DNA from: an uncultured Aggregatibacter sp.
GTDB taxonomy: Bacteria; Pseudomonadota; Gammaproteobacteria; Enterobacterales; Pasteurellaceae
Length of the DNA: 64,000 nucleotides
Assembly (NCBI RefSeq): GCF_901873365.1
Contig: NZ_CABFLM010000115.1
Location: forward strand, 526-64,525
Reading direction: 5' to 3'
Both the position numbers and the translations under genes were made by a program. Shown here in pieces: positions 1-14,979 of the stretch. The notes under the pieces were generated by a model that saw only the letters and a list, made by a program, of their open reading frames with translations, made no database searches and was not told the DNA's origin. The number at the start of each line of letters is the position of its first letter. Position 1 is the first letter of the stretch.

Positions 1-990
<990 letters not shown>

Positions 991-1115
991 TTTCGTTTTT
1001 TCCTTTTGTGTTGGGTGGGTTGCTCCCACCATTTGAAGAATTTGTTTTACGTTTTTGATTGATAGCACGCGTCAGCAGACACGCGCTATGACGATCTTAC
1101 GTAGAAAAAGTGCAG

Positions 1116-2279
1116 TTAGTTTTTCGCACGTTTTTCGAGGATTTCTACTGCCGGTAACACTTTACCTTCAACGAATTCTAAGAAAGCGCCGCCGCCGGTT
1201 GAGATATAGGAAATTTTATCTGCGATACCAAACAGGTCGATAGCAGCAAGCGTATCACCACCGCCCGCAATGGAGAACGCATCGCTGTTGGCAATGGCGT
1301 GAGAAATGATTTCTGTTCCTTTGCGGAAGTTCGGGAATTCAAATACGCCCACCGGGCCGTTCCATAAAACGGTTTTCGCATTTTTGATGATTTCTGCTAA
1401 TTGTTCTGCAGATTTATCACCGATGTCGAAAATAGATTCGTCATCTTTCACTTCGGTCACGGATTTTTCTGTTGCCGGTGCGGTTTCGGAGAATTCGGTA
1501 CCCACGCGAACATCCACAGGCACAGGAATGTCTGTGCTTGCCGCTAATTCTTTAGCAACCGGGATTAAATCGGTTTCGTATAAGGATTTACCCACGTTAT
1601 GACCTGCGGCAGCAATGAAGGTGTTAGCGATACCGCCACCTACAATAATTTGGTCGGCAATTTTGGAAAGTGAGTTTAATACTTCTAATTTCGTTGAAAC
1701 TTTAGAACCGCCTACGATAGCTACCATTGGACGTGCAGGTTCTTTTAATGCTTTACCAAGTGCATCAAGTTCTGCAGCAAGTAATGGACCTGCACAGGCA
1801 ACCGGTGCAAATTCTGCAACGCCGTAAGTAGAGGCTTGCGCGCGGTGTGCGGTACCGAATGCGTCCATAATGAACACATCACAAAGTGCGGCGTATTTTT
1901 TACCTAATTCAGGATCGTTTTTCTTTTCGCCTTTGTTGACGCGCACGTTTTCTAATACCACGATTTCACCAGCGTTCACTTCAACACCGTCAAGGTAATC
2001 GCGTACTAAGCGTACCGGGACATCAAGATGTTCGTTTAAATAATCAACAACAGGTTGGAGGGAATCTTCAGGTTTGAATTCACCTTCGGTCGGACGGCCT
2101 AAGTGAGAGGTGACCATCACTTTTGCGCCTTTTTCTAAGGCTAATTTTAAGGTTGGGATGGTGGCACGGATACGCGCATCTGATGTGACTTTACCGTCTT
2201 TTACCGGTACGTTTAGGTCGGCACGGATAAATACGCGTTTACCATTCAAATCTAAATCGGTCATTTTAATTACTGACAT
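1116..2279 (-). CDS. pgk: Phosphoglycerate kinase
   Basis: RADLNVP, LLENVR-like, DAFGTAHRA and [10 protein letters not shown] motifs. Confidence 0.99.
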   Translation of the reverse strand: MSVIKMTDLDLNGKRVFIRADLNVPVKDGKVTSDARIRATIPTLKLALEKGAKVMVTSHLGRPTEGEFKPEDSLQPVVDYLNEHLDVPVRLVRDYLDGVEVNAGEIVVLENVRVNKGEKKNDPELGKKYAALCDVFIMDAFGTAHRAQASTYGVAEFAPVACAGPLLAAELDALGKALKEPARPMVAIVGGSKVSTKLEVLNSLSKIADQIIVGGGIANTFIAAAGHNVGKSLYETDLIPVAKELAASTDIPVPVDVRVGTEFSETAPATEKSVTEVKDDESIFDIGDKSAEQLAEIIKNAKTVLWNGPVGVFEFPNFRKGTEIISHAIANSDAFSIAGGGDTLAAIDLFGIADKISYISTGGGAFLEFVEGKVLPAVEILEKRAKN

Positions 2280-2416
2280 AATTTACCTCTTTTTACTGGT
2301 TAAAATTAAAAATAAAAACTGTTGGCATTATACCCGTAACTGAGTAGCTTGTAACCTGAATTCAAGGGGACAAATTCAGGATTATACATTTCATTGATCC
2401 ATGTCGAATTATTGGA

Positions 2417-3112
2417 TTAATAACCGGTTCGGCTGCTTGGACAATCCATAATTTGCCAGTCTAAATCGTAACAAATAAAGAGTTCATTACGCGCGGCGCC
2501 CAGGTAAACATCTTTTAATTGCGGGTTGTTTTTTCGCATCCATTTAAACAGTTCGGTACGGCTTAATTCATAGTTCGGTAGCTTCAAAGTGCGGTATAAA
2601 TTTTTGATCTTTTCAAAATAATCTTGTGCATTGTTAAACATACACGCGCCGTGTTTTTCCCACTCGCCTTGTAATAAGCCGGCACTCGGCATCTCAGGCA
2701 AATAGCGTTCAATAAGCTCTTGCGGTAATTGCGGTAAATCGCCTTGACAAAAGCGCGGGTGATCGGAGACTCTTCGGGCTTGTTTGTTTTGTGACCATAA
2801 TCCATGCACAATCCAACCGAATTGTTGGGTTAAGCCGCATTGATATTGCAAAGAGGTCGGCAAATTATCACCGTATTGTTGACGCTGCCGTTCACAAAAT
2901 GCCGGAGACCAAGACAACACGAGGGTGTAATAATCGGTTTGTGCCTGTTTATTTTGCCCGATAGGATCGTTTTTCATGACGTAATCGTAATTACGATCAA
3001 CCACCACCTCCGCCGCTTGTTTCTGTTGAGAAAAATAATACCAACCGGCAAGTAAAAACATTAAAAATGCCACCACAAAAAAAGACAGTAGCAACATACG
3101 TTTCTCGTTCAT
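2417..3112 (-). CDS. Ribonuclease T2 family protein with N-terminal membrane anchor
   Basis: LVLSWSPAFC, CAS I HGLW, CAS II EWEKHGAC; hydrophobic N-terminus. Confidence 0.9.
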   Translation of the reverse strand: MNEKRMLLLSFFVVAFLMFLLAGWYYFSQQKQAAEVVVDRNYDYVMKNDPIGQNKQAQTDYYTLVLSWSPAFCERQRQQYGDNLPTSLQYQCGLTQQFGWIVHGLWSQNKQARRVSDHPRFCQGDLPQLPQELIERYLPEMPSAGLLQGEWEKHGACMFNNAQDYFEKIKNLYRTLKLPNYELSRTELFKWMRKNNPQLKDVYLGAARNELFICYDLDWQIMDCPSSRTGY

Positions 3113-3148
3113 AAAATTCCTTTCACTTTGTTAATGTATTGATTATAA

Positions 3149-3439
<291 letters not shown>

Positions 3440-3498
3440 CGCATTTGGATGTGCGGTGAAAAAAGAGGGCGTTTTTACCCGCCCTAACTTTTCTCGTT

Positions 3499-4575
3499 TT
3501 ATCTAAAATACCATTTTGCCAGTAAAATGCCGGCATTGACCGATACGTTTAACCCATTTTTCACTGGGCTGGCAAACGCTAAACGAACCTGCTCATCGTT
3601 TTTCTCTGATAAAGCCTCTGTCGTGCCTTCGCTCAGCACAAAAACCGTTTTATTTTTTAACCTCACTTTATCCAATGCTGTGGCGTTTTCATCGCTGCTC
3701 ACGTGAAGGATTTGATAACCGGCTTGGCGTAATTGAGAAAGCGCATTGCGGGAGTCATTGGTCTCCAACACTCGCACGTATTCTGCGCCGCCTTCTGCGA
3801 CACGTAACGTCACGGCAGAATTGAGGCTTTCGGCGTTTTCCACCACAATATTTTTCACACCGAAAAAGGCGCAAGTACGTAAAATACCGCCAATGTTTTG
3901 TGCGTTGTTCACATTATCTAACAACACCAAGCAATCTTCTTGATGTGGCACATCGAGATAGCCTTGCAAGGTAAACGGATGGGCTTTTTTCACCAACATA
4001 CAAATGCCACCGTGGTGTTCTGTGCCGCTGACTTTGATCATCTCGTCGTTGTCCACAATATGATACACCTTTTTATTAGTGGCTAAATAACTGCAAATAT
4101 CCCCAATTTTATGCGCCATTTGTACAGTTGCCCACAAGCGCACAATGCTTCCCGGGCGTTGTTGAAATAAGGCTAAACACGCATTTTCACCATACACTTT
4201 CATTTCTTCTGCGCGATTCTTTTTGATTTTTTCCGGTGCGCGTGGTGACAATGGGCCGGTCTTTTTCTCTCTCGGCTTATCATCGAAACGACTGCTTTTG
4301 ACGGTCACTTTTACGTTGCCTTCCGCACCACCGGCTTTTTTCATCGTACTTTCGGCAATGTGTAAGGTTTTTTCTTGGCTTTCAGCACGTTTAAATTTCG
4401 GCTTAGTATTTCTGTCGTTATCTCGCTCTCTGCGAAATTCTTGGCGCGAATCGCTTTTTGAGGAGGAAAAGTGCGGTCGACTTTTATCGCGTTTTTGACG
4501 GTCGTCACCGACACTGCGTTCGGAAAAAGTACGGTTGTTTGATTTGAAAGTCGGTTTGTTTGAATTTTGGTTCAT
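3499..4575 (-). CDS. yfiF: TrmH/SpoU-family tRNA/rRNA methyltransferase
   Basis: VYGENAC, NIGGILRTCAFFG and LNVSVNAGILL; basic N-terminal extension. Confidence 0.88.
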   Translation of the reverse strand: MNQNSNKPTFKSNNRTFSERSVGDDRQKRDKSRPHFSSSKSDSRQEFRRERDNDRNTKPKFKRAESQEKTLHIAESTMKKAGGAEGNVKVTVKSSRFDDKPREKKTGPLSPRAPEKIKKNRAEEMKVYGENACLALFQQRPGSIVRLWATVQMAHKIGDICSYLATNKKVYHIVDNDEMIKVSGTEHHGGICMLVKKAHPFTLQGYLDVPHQEDCLVLLDNVNNAQNIGGILRTCAFFGVKNIVVENAESLNSAVTLRVAEGGAEYVRVLETNDSRNALSQLRQAGYQILHVSSDENATALDKVRLKNKTVFVLSEGTTEALSEKNDEQVRLAFASPVKNGLNVSVNAGILLAKWYFR

Positions 4576-4746
4576 AGTTGTGTTGCCGATAGGGTGGATG
4601 AATGGAATAAATTTGCGCTGTAGGCAATAAATTTGTGAGCATTATAACGAAAACCAGCCTTTTTTCTACCAAGGGGGGCGATAAATATTGTAAACTATCG
4701 CCCCAATTAGGTTCCGACTCATTGAGTACAACAGAGAACAAATTTT

Positions 4747-6114
4747 ATGTTTAGAGATAAGACAAAACGGGCTCAAAAGCGTCTTGAAAGCTTGCCATGT
4801 TTAGCTTTACAGGCGGAACAAGTTGAGTTTATTTACAGCCCAATGGCATTTAAAAATGAAATTATTCAACTGATTAGACAGGCGAAAACACGTATTTTTG
4901 TGACCGCACTTTACTGGCAAAATGACGAAGCCGGACAAGAAATTCTCGATGAAATTTACCGTGCGAAACAAGATAAGCCTGAACTTGAAGTGAAAATTTT
5001 AATTGATTGGCATCGTGCGCAACGTAATTTATTAGGGGCGGAAAAGAGTGCGACCAATGCCGATTGGTATTGCGAACAACGCCAAAAATATCAACTTGCC
5101 GATGATCCGAATCTATTTTTCGGTGTGCCGATCAATACGCGCGAAGTGTTCGGCGTGTTGCATATCAAAGGCTTTGTTTTTGATGACACCGTGCTTTACA
5201 GTGGCGCCAGTATCAATAACGTGTATTTGCAACAAAATGAAAAATACCGTTACGACCGCTATCAAAAAATCACCCATCCGCAATTAGCCGACAGCATGGT
5301 GGCTTTTATTCGCGAGTTTTTGTTGAATAGCGATGTGGTGTCGCCGTTGGATAGCGTTAATCGCCCGAAAACCAAAGAAATTCGACAAAATATCCGTCAT
5401 TTCAGAAAAAATCTTGCCCTTAATGGGCAATATAAACTGCCAAGTGCGGTTGATTTTGGCAATGAATTGACGGTAACGCCGTTGTTTGGTTTAGGTGGCA
5501 CGGGCAATGTATTAAATTGCACGATCGAAGATTTATTCCAGCTGGTTGATGAAAAGCTAACGATTTGTACGCCGTATTTTAATTTCCCGCGGACATTACA
5601 ACAAAAAATCCGCCATTTGCTAAGTAAAGGCAAAAAAATCGAAATTATTGTGGGCGATAAAGTGGCAAATGATTTTTACATTCCACCGGAACAACCGTTC
5701 AAAATGGCTGGGGCATTGCCGTATTTGTATGAAAACAATCTTCGCCGTTTTAGCAAAAAGTTCCAACGTGAAATGGAACAAGGTCAACTGATTATTCGTA
5801 CATGGAAAGACGGTACAAACACCTATCATCTGAAAGGCGTTTGGGTTGACGATAATTATATTTTGTTGACCGGCAATAATTTGAACCCGCGCGCATGGCG
5901 TTTGGATGCGGAGAATGGCCTATTTATCCATGATCCGAAACAACAACTTTTGCCTCAAGTCATTCAGGAGTTAGCCTATATTCGCCAACATACCACGTTG
6001 CTTCAACATTACACTGAGTTGGAGGAAATGAAGCAATATCCGGCACCGGTGCAAAAATTATTGAAAAAATTTGCCCGCATTAAAGCGGATAAGTTAGTGA
6101 AGATGATTTTGTAA
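4747..6114 (+). CDS. pssA: CDP-diacylglycerol--serine O-phosphatidyltransferase (PLD family)
   Basis: Two HxK motifs ([20 protein letters not shown]); [15 protein letters not shown]. Confidence 0.96.
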   Translation: MFRDKTKRAQKRLESLPCLALQAEQVEFIYSPMAFKNEIIQLIRQAKTRIFVTALYWQNDEAGQEILDEIYRAKQDKPELEVKILIDWHRAQRNLLGAEKSATNADWYCEQRQKYQLADDPNLFFGVPINTREVFGVLHIKGFVFDDTVLYSGASINNVYLQQNEKYRYDRYQKITHPQLADSMVAFIREFLLNSDVVSPLDSVNRPKTKEIRQNIRHFRKNLALNGQYKLPSAVDFGNELTVTPLFGLGGTGNVLNCTIEDLFQLVDEKLTICTPYFNFPRTLQQKIRHLLSKGKKIEIIVGDKVANDFYIPPEQPFKMAGALPYLYENNLRRFSKKFQREMEQGQLIIRTWKDGTNTYHLKGVWVDDNYILLTGNNLNPRAWRLDAENGLFIHDPKQQLLPQVIQELAYIRQHTTLLQHYTELEEMKQYPAPVQKLLKKFARIKADKLVKMIL

Positions 6115-6214
6115 TCTGTCGTCCCGTTCGTTTTGTGGAACATTTGAACACCGGTGGGGAAGAAGTGAAAATCTTCTTCCCCATTTTGTTTTTATCTTCG
6201 ATGAGGACACCGCC

Positions 6215-8256
<2,042 letters not shown>

Positions 8257-8282
8257 AAACACCAACCCATCCTACATAACCT

Positions 8283-9803
8283 TTACTTAAAGCCATATTT
8301 TTTGAGTAAAAATACCGGAATGCCGGAAAATAGCACTAACATCACGGCATAAGGTGTGGCAGCAGCATATTGGGCATCACTGGTGTATTCCCAAACGGCG
8401 ATAGATAAGGTTTTGATGTCGTTCGGGGTGAGTAATAAGGTGGCGGTGAGTTCTTTCATCAGGTTTAGAAACACCAACGCAAAGGCAGCGGCAATCCCCG
8501 GCAACATGGCGGGAATGGTGAGTGTGCGGAAAATATAAAAATGGCTACGCCCAAGGCTTTGTCCCACTTTTTCGACATTGTCGGAAATTTGTTCCAACGA
8601 GCTACGCAACGTGGTTTGCGCCATCGGCAAATACAACATGAAATAGGCGACCACCACCATGAGGAACGTTTGGTAGAAAGAATATGCATAGTTAATGGTG
8701 AAATACACTAATGACAAGGCGATAACCAAGCCCGGCACGGCGTGCAATAAATACGGCAGGCGATCAATCCACAGGGTAAGGCGGCTACGATAGCGTACTG
8801 CGCTCCAAACGAGTGGCAAAGCGCAAAGCACGGTGAGCCCAGCCCCTAAACAGGAAACTAACAAAGAGTTGCTGAAGGCTTCAAAAAAGGCGGAAAAATC
8901 TACCGCACTTTCAAGAGAGCTCCCCACGATCATCCAGTAAATCAACATGGTGAGCGGCACACCGATGCTCAGAATAAAAATAGTCAGGAAAAAAATGACC
9001 ACCAAGCCTTGTTTGCCAACCGTTAAATTTTTTACCGGATAAGGGCGGCTCACGCCTTTGCCACTGTTGTACAGGGTTTGTTGCCCACGAAAGAAAATTT
9101 CGCCGAATACAATCAAGGCGCAAATTGCCATTAATACGGCGGACAACAATGCCGCCGTATTGTTGTTAAAGGCCATTTCATATTCTTGGAAAATGGCGGT
9201 GGTAAAGGTTTGATAATTCAAAATCGACACAGCGCCGAATTCTACCAACATATGTAATGCGATTAATAAAACGCTGCTGCCGATAGCCGGTTTTAACTGC
9301 GGAAATATGGCGTGCCAAAAGGTGTCGCGACGACTTTTGCCGAGAGAAAGGCTAACTTCTTCTAATGAGCGATCTAGTCGTTTTAAGGTGGCAGCAACCG
9401 GCAAATAGGCAAGCGGAAAGGAGCTTAAAGTCATAATGCCGATCGTGCCCCAAAAGCCTTCGACGCGAAAAGTCAGGCTAATCCAAGTGAAACAACTGAC
9501 GAAGGCAGGAATACACAGAGGCAATGTCATCGCCACTTGAAAAAACGGCTTCCCCCAAAAACGATAGCGTTCCAATAAAAAGGCGCAAACCGTGCCGAGA
9601 ATAATGGCGCTAAAGGTGACACAAACCATCAGTAGCAGGGTATTGCGCAACAGCTCCCACATATGCGGTCGCCAAAGTAGCGCAATACTGCGATCCCAAC
9701 CCACCTCAATGGCTCTCACAATGACGTATAGAAAAGGCAAAATCAGCGGTAAGCTGATGAGAATAATCAAGGCGGTCAGCCAAAATGGGGGATTGCGGTT
9801 CAC
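8283..9803 (-). CDS. hitB: Fe3+ ABC transporter permease (HitB/FbpB family)
   Basis: 506 aa polytopic protein with two EAA-like loops (LEEVSLSLG, VEKVGQSLG) and MKELTATLLL. Confidence 0.85.
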   Translation of the reverse strand: MNRNPPFWLTALIILISLPLILPFLYVIVRAIEVGWDRSIALLWRPHMWELLRNTLLLMVCVTFSAIILGTVCAFLLERYRFWGKPFFQVAMTLPLCIPAFVSCFTWISLTFRVEGFWGTIGIMTLSSFPLAYLPVAATLKRLDRSLEEVSLSLGKSRRDTFWHAIFPQLKPAIGSSVLLIALHMLVEFGAVSILNYQTFTTAIFQEYEMAFNNNTAALLSAVLMAICALIVFGEIFFRGQQTLYNSGKGVSRPYPVKNLTVGKQGLVVIFFLTIFILSIGVPLTMLIYWMIVGSSLESAVDFSAFFEAFSNSLLVSCLGAGLTVLCALPLVWSAVRYRSRLTLWIDRLPYLLHAVPGLVIALSLVYFTINYAYSFYQTFLMVVVAYFMLYLPMAQTTLRSSLEQISDNVEKVGQSLGRSHFYIFRTLTIPAMLPGIAAAFALVFLNLMKELTATLLLTPNDIKTLSIAVWEYTSDAQYAAATPYAVMLVLFSGIPVFLLKKYGFK

Positions 9804-9870
9804 CTGTGTATCCTATTGAAATTGAGGGAATTAGGTTCTCATGTTTGTTATCCGATGAGAATGGCTTTCG

Positions 9871-10431
9871 TTAAAGCAGGAGTGCTGAACCCCATTTAAT
9901 AATGTCAAAAAAGAATTTATTTTGATTTGTAGCAACACCATCGGAAGATTTATTTTCTTCGGTTGCTTTTTTCTCTTCTAACATCCCATTTTTATATTGT
10001 CCTTTAACCACTTCCAAATCATCTAACGCATTTCTGCGTAAAACGTTACACTGCGCTTTATCTAAGTCATCCACTTTATCTAATTTGAATTTTTTATATT
10101 GATAAATGGCGTAATTCATGGATTTTTCATCACTTTGAATAATTTTGACATATTTCTCGCCGATAATTTTTTCAAGCGGATAGAAAAGCACATATTGTGA
10201 ATGAATATACGCATCTTCTTTCGGAAAATGTTGTTGTAAAATCCGTGTTAAGTTCGGGTAAATACATTGTTCAACCTGTTTGCTGTCAAACGCCCAGCGT
10301 TGTGCATCTGCATCTGACAAATAATAACCTGCGCCGGCATATTCCGCTGGGATTGGTGCCTCTTTTGAGGAAAAAAGGCCACAACCGACCAAACAGAATG
10401 ACATTGTCAAAATAAGGTATTTCTTTAACAT
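9871..10431 (-). CDS. Pasteurellaceae lipoprotein of unknown function (probably DUF5358-type)
   Basis: Lipobox LVGC after a short signal peptide; family assignment from recollection only. Confidence 0.7.
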   Translation of the reverse strand: MLKKYLILTMSFCLVGCGLFSSKEAPIPAEYAGAGYYLSDADAQRWAFDSKQVEQCIYPNLTRILQQHFPKEDAYIHSQYVLFYPLEKIIGEKYVKIIQSDEKSMNYAIYQYKKFKLDKVDDLDKAQCNVLRRNALDDLEVVKGQYKNGMLEEKKATEENKSSDGVATNQNKFFFDIIKWGSALLL

Positions 10432-10573
10432 AATGACACCTTTAACGTGAGTTTAATATTGCGTTTCCGTGAAAAAGATCGCCCTATTCGTGGCGATTTC
10501 ATGTTGTTATGATAATCGTTATTGTCGTTAGAATAAAACGACGCCTCGAAAATATTCAAGGCGCGTTTTCAAA

Positions 10574-11983
10574 TTAGTAGTACATTTCAAACTCGACCGG
10601 ATGTGGTGTCATGTTCAAACGTTCAACTTCCTTGCGTTTTATACCAATGAAAGCGTGAATGAAATCTTTTGTGAAAACATTGCCTTGTGTTAAGAATTCA
10701 AAATCGTTTTCTAAAGCGTTTAACGCTTCTTCTAATGAACTTGCGACAGCAGGAATATCTTTCAATTCTTCCGGTGGTAAATCATAGAGGTTTTTGTCCA
10801 TCGCATCGCCCGGATGAATTTTATTCACCACCCCATCTAAGCCCGCCATTAATAATGCTGCGAAGGCTAAATAAGGGTTAGCCAACGGATCCGGGAAACG
10901 TGCTTCCACACGAATGGCTTTCGGGCTGGTGACAGCCGGAATACGAATGGACGCCGAACGGTTGCTTGCGGAATACGCCAATAATACCGGCGCTTCAAAC
11001 CCCGGCACCAAACGTTTATAAGAGTTGGTACTTGGATTGGTAAAGGCATTTAACGCTTTCGCATGTTTGATGATACCGCCGATGTAATAAAGTGCGGTTT
11101 CTGAAAGGCCCGCATATTTATCCCCTTGGAAAATATTTTTGCCGTCTTTGCTCAAGGACATATTACAGTGCATGCCCGAACCATTATCACCGGTAATCGG
11201 TTTCGGCATGAAACAAGCGGTTTTGCCGTATTCTTTTGCCACGTTATGCACGATGTATTTATAAATTTGGGTTTCATCCGCTTTCAACGTTAACGTATTG
11301 AACTTGGTCGCAATTTCATTTTGACCGGCAGTGGCGACTTCATGATGGTGCGCTTCAATCACCAAGCCCATTTCTTCCATTAACAAACACATCTCGGAAC
11401 GAATATCATGTGCCGTATCAATCGGTGCCACCGCACAATAGCCGCCTTTTTTCAGCGGGCGATAGGCATTGTTGCCGTTTTCATAACGCTTGTTGGTGTT
11501 CCATGCGGCTTCAACATCATCCACATGATAAGCATTGCCGTTCATTGACACGTCAAAACGCACATCATCAAAGAGGAAAAATTCCGGTTCCGGCCCGAAA
11601 AAGACGTGATCTGCCACACCGGTGGAACGCATATAATTTTCTGCACGAAGTGCAATAGAACGCGGATCGCGATCATAGCTTTGCATGGTGGTCGGTTCAA
11701 AAATGCTACAACGGAGGGATAAAGTTGGAATTTGTGCAAACGGATCGACAACGGCTGTTTCGGCAATCGGCATTAAAAGCATATCTGCTTTGTTGATGGC
11801 CTTCCAACCTTCCACAGAAGAGCCGTCAAACATTTTGCCGTCTTCAAATAAATCCTCGTCAACCAAATTCACCGGTAAAGAAACACCATGTTCTTTGCCT
11901 TGAATATCGGTAAAACGAAGTAACACAAATTTGATGTCGTTTTCTTCAATGAGTTTAAACACATTGTCAATCGCGTTAGACAT
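10574..11983 (-). CDS. glnA: Glutamine synthetase type I
   Basis: [31 protein letters not shown] and NLYDLP motifs. Confidence 0.99.
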   Translation of the reverse strand: MSNAIDNVFKLIEENDIKFVLLRFTDIQGKEHGVSLPVNLVDEDLFEDGKMFDGSSVEGWKAINKADMLLMPIAETAVVDPFAQIPTLSLRCSIFEPTTMQSYDRDPRSIALRAENYMRSTGVADHVFFGPEPEFFLFDDVRFDVSMNGNAYHVDDVEAAWNTNKRYENGNNAYRPLKKGGYCAVAPIDTAHDIRSEMCLLMEEMGLVIEAHHHEVATAGQNEIATKFNTLTLKADETQIYKYIVHNVAKEYGKTACFMPKPITGDNGSGMHCNMSLSKDGKNIFQGDKYAGLSETALYYIGGIIKHAKALNAFTNPSTNSYKRLVPGFEAPVLLAYSASNRSASIRIPAVTSPKAIRVEARFPDPLANPYLAFAALLMAGLDGVVNKIHPGDAMDKNLYDLPPEELKDIPAVASSLEEALNALENDFEFLTQGNVFTKDFIHAFIGIKRKEVERLNMTPHPVEFEMYY

Positions 11984-12287
11984 ACTAGTAAATCCTCTAA
12001 GACGTGGGTTAATTAAGATAAAAAGGGGAAAAGAATGCGCATAAAAATAGCATATTCCGCCTCAATTTCATAAAAGTATTTCATACATTCAGCTGAATTT
12101 TCTTTATTAAACCCCCTTTTTTATTTTTCATAAAGTCAGGTCGTTTATTGTGTAAATTTTCTCCCATTTACGCATAGCAGCCCCTCATAAAAAGTTGTAT
12201 AATCTGCGCCTTTCGCATTTTTGGCAGTAAAAGTGCGGTCAGAAAATTACCTATTTTTTATTATTAGCTTAGGCTTAAGAATTCTCA

Positions 12288-14141
12288 ATGACAGATCAAA
12301 TAGACATTAACAAACTGCGTAATATCGCAATCATTGCCCACGTTGACCACGGCAAAACAACTTTAGTGGATAAATTATTACAACAATCCGGCACATTGGA
12401 AGCCTCTCGTAGCGGTGATACCGATGAATGCGTGATGGATTCCAACGATTTAGAAAAAGAGCGCGGCATTACTATTTTAGCGAAAAATACCGCCATTAAT
12501 TGGAACGGCTACCGCATTAATATTGTGGATACTCCGGGACACGCAGACTTCGGTGGTGAAGTTGAACGCGTACTCTCCATGGTGGATTCCGTATTATTGG
12601 TGGTGGATGCCTTTGACGGTCCAATGCCACAAACCCGTTTTGTGACGCAAAAAGCCTTTGCTCATGGCTTAAAACCAATCGTGGTCATTAACAAAGTTGA
12701 CCGCCCCGGTGCACGCCCTGATTGGGTGGTCGATCAAGTGTTCGATTTATTCGTTAATCTTGGTGCTACCGATGAACAGTTAGATTTCCCGATTATTTAC
12801 GCGTCCGCCTTAAATGGCGTAGCTGGTCTAGATCACGAAGATTTAGCCGCCGACATGACACCGTTATTTGAAGCCATTGTTGAACATGTTGAACCTCCAA
12901 AAGTGGAACTTGATGCACCGTTCCAAATGCAAATCTCCCAACTTGACTACAACAATTATGTGGGCGTTATCGGTATTGGTCGTATTAAACGTGGTACGGT
13001 AAAACCAAACCAAAGTGTGACAATCATCGACAGTTTCGGTAAAACCCGCACCGGAAAAATCGGACAAGTATTAGGCCACCTTGGATTACAACGCTATGAA
13101 GAAGACATTGCCAGCGCAGGCGATATCGTGGCGATTACCGGTCTTGGCGAACTCAATATTTCCGATACCATTTGCGATATCAATAACGTGGAAGCCTTAC
13201 CGGCATTAAGCGTTGATGAGCCTACTGTGACCATGTTCTTCTGCGTAAACACCTCACCATTCTGCGGTAAAGAAGGCAAATACGTGACATCCCGTCAGAT
13301 TTTAGAGCGCTTAAACAAAGAGCTTGTGCATAACGTCGCATTGCGCGTAGAAGAAACCCCAAACCCGGATGAATTCCGTGTTTCCGGTCGTGGTGAATTG
13401 CATTTATCCGTGTTAATCGAAAATATGCGTCGCGAAGGCTACGAATTGGCCGTATCCCGCCCGAAAGTTATCTTCAAACAAGTTGACGGACACAAACAAG
13501 AGCCGTTTGAGCAAGTTACCATCGACATTGAAGAACAACACCAAGGCGCGGTAATGGAAGCCTTAGGTATCCGCAAAGGTGAAGTGAAAGACATGGTACC
13601 GGATGGTAAAGGACGTACGCGTTTAGAATATGTGATCCCAAGTCGTGGCTTAATCGGTTTCCGTAATGAATTCATGACCATGACATCAGGAACCGGTCTG
13701 CTTTACTCCAGTTTTAGTCATTATGACGATGTAAAACCGGGAGAAATCGGTCAGCGTAAAAATGGTGTATTAATTTCCAACGCGACAGGTAAAGCCTTAG
13801 CTTATGCGTTATGGGGCTTGCAAGAGCGTGGCAAACTGATGATCGATCACGGTACCGAAGTGTACGAAGGTCAAATCATCGGTATTCATAGCCGTTCTAA
13901 TGACTTAACCGTGAACTGCTTGCAAGGGAAGAAACTCACCAATATGCGTGCTTCCGGTAAAGATGATGCCATTGCGTTAACCACACCAATCAAATTCAGC
14001 CTTGAACAAGCCATCGAATTTATTGATGATGACGAATTGGTGGAAATTACGCCACAATCTATCCGTATCCGTAAAAAATTATTAACGGAAATGGATCGCA
14101 AACGTGCAAATCGAACCACAACCAGCACAAGTACACATTAA
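12288..14141 (+). CDS. typA: Translational GTPase TypA/BipA
   Basis: [24 protein letters not shown] and [10 protein letters not shown]. Confidence 0.99.
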   Translation: MTDQIDINKLRNIAIIAHVDHGKTTLVDKLLQQSGTLEASRSGDTDECVMDSNDLEKERGITILAKNTAINWNGYRINIVDTPGHADFGGEVERVLSMVDSVLLVVDAFDGPMPQTRFVTQKAFAHGLKPIVVINKVDRPGARPDWVVDQVFDLFVNLGATDEQLDFPIIYASALNGVAGLDHEDLAADMTPLFEAIVEHVEPPKVELDAPFQMQISQLDYNNYVGVIGIGRIKRGTVKPNQSVTIIDSFGKTRTGKIGQVLGHLGLQRYEEDIASAGDIVAITGLGELNISDTICDINNVEALPALSVDEPTVTMFFCVNTSPFCGKEGKYVTSRQILERLNKELVHNVALRVEETPNPDEFRVSGRGELHLSVLIENMRREGYELAVSRPKVIFKQVDGHKQEPFEQVTIDIEEQHQGAVMEALGIRKGEVKDMVPDGKGRTRLEYVIPSRGLIGFRNEFMTMTSGTGLLYSSFSHYDDVKPGEIGQRKNGVLISNATGKALAYALWGLQERGKLMIDHGTEVYEGQIIGIHSRSNDLTVNCLQGKKLTNMRASGKDDAIALTTPIKFSLEQAIEFIDDDELVEITPQSIRIRKKLLTEMDRKRANRTTTSTSTH

Positions 14142-14157
14142 TTCGTTTTAAAATCTA

Positions 14158-14206
14158 AAAAGTGCGGTGCGTTTTTCAAAAGTTTTGTAAAACCCACCGC
14201 ACTTTT
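14158..14206 (+). terminator. Inverted USS pair forming a probable terminator after typA
   Basis: AAAAGTGCGGT...ACCGCACTTTT hairpin directly after the stop codon. Confidence 0.75.
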
Positions 14207-14229
14207 TGCGGCTAAAAATCTTGTCATCC

Positions 14230-14258
14230 TAGACTTTAACGACAAAATTCTCTATAAT
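14230..14258 (+). promoter_or_regulatory. Sigma70 promoter of tRNA-Ile2
   Basis: TAGACT-17 nt-TATAAT followed by a GC-rich discriminator. Confidence 0.7.
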
Positions 14259-14274
14259 CCGCAACGCTTTTTCC

Positions 14275-14351
14275 GCCCCCATAGCTCAGTCGGTCAGAGC
14301 AGTCGACTCATAATCGATTGGTCACAGGTTCAAGTCCTGTTGGGGGCACCA
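14275..14351 (+). tRNA. tRNA with CAT anticodon, Ile2 (lysidine) type
   Basis: 77-nt cloverleaf GCCCCCATAGCTCAG...CTCATAA...GGTTCAAGTCC...GGGGGCACCA; resembles E. coli ileX more than elongator or initiator Met. Confidence 0.9.
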
Positions 14352-14424
14352 CTTTTGCTATACCGCATCATTTTATTTCCAAACGATAGATAAAAAATCT
14401 ACTCCACGGCATTCCCCGAATCAC

Positions 14425-14937
14425 CGTAGCGTGCAACTTGTTGCACGAAATTGTAAATGCTCAAAAGGGTTAAATGACGTACCGTGCGTGGCTCGATCGT
14501 GCATCAAGTACGGAATCGCAAATCACGCACTGAGGTGGCATCATTCGTGCATCAAGATGCACGCTACAATATGAAATAATGCTCCTCGTAGAGTGCAACT
14601 TGTTGTACGAAATTGTAAATGCTCAAAAGGGTTAAATAACGTACCGTGCCTGGTTCGATCGTGCATCAAGCACGAAATCGCAAATCACGCACCAAGGTGG
14701 AATCACTCGTGCATCAAGATGCACGCTACAATATGAAATAATGCTCCTCGTAGCGTGCAACTTGTTGCACGAAATTGTAAATGCTCGAAAGGGGTAAATA
14801 ACGTTTTGTGCGTGGTTCGATCGTGCATTAAGCACGAAATCGCAAATCACGCACCGAGGTGGACTCACTCGTGCCTCAAGATATACGCTACAATATGAAA
14901 TAATGCTCCTCGTAGCGTGCAACTTGTTGCACGAAAT
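14425..14937. repeat. Tandem array of 3 x 162-bp REP-doublet (REPIN/BIME-like) units plus a fourth forward REP
   Basis: Units start at 14425, 14587, 14749 and 14911; each full unit runs GTAG-CGTGCAAC-TT-GTTGCACG ... CGTGCATC-AA-GATGCACG-CTAC with a few substitutions. Confidence 0.92.
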
Positions 14938-14979
14938 CGAAGAAAAGACGATTGACAAAATTATATTGAAACAAAGGTT

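Noticed and set aside
14425..14937. CRISPR array
   Set aside because: The regions between palindromes are near-identical rather than unique spacers, the period is 162 bp, and no cas genes are present.
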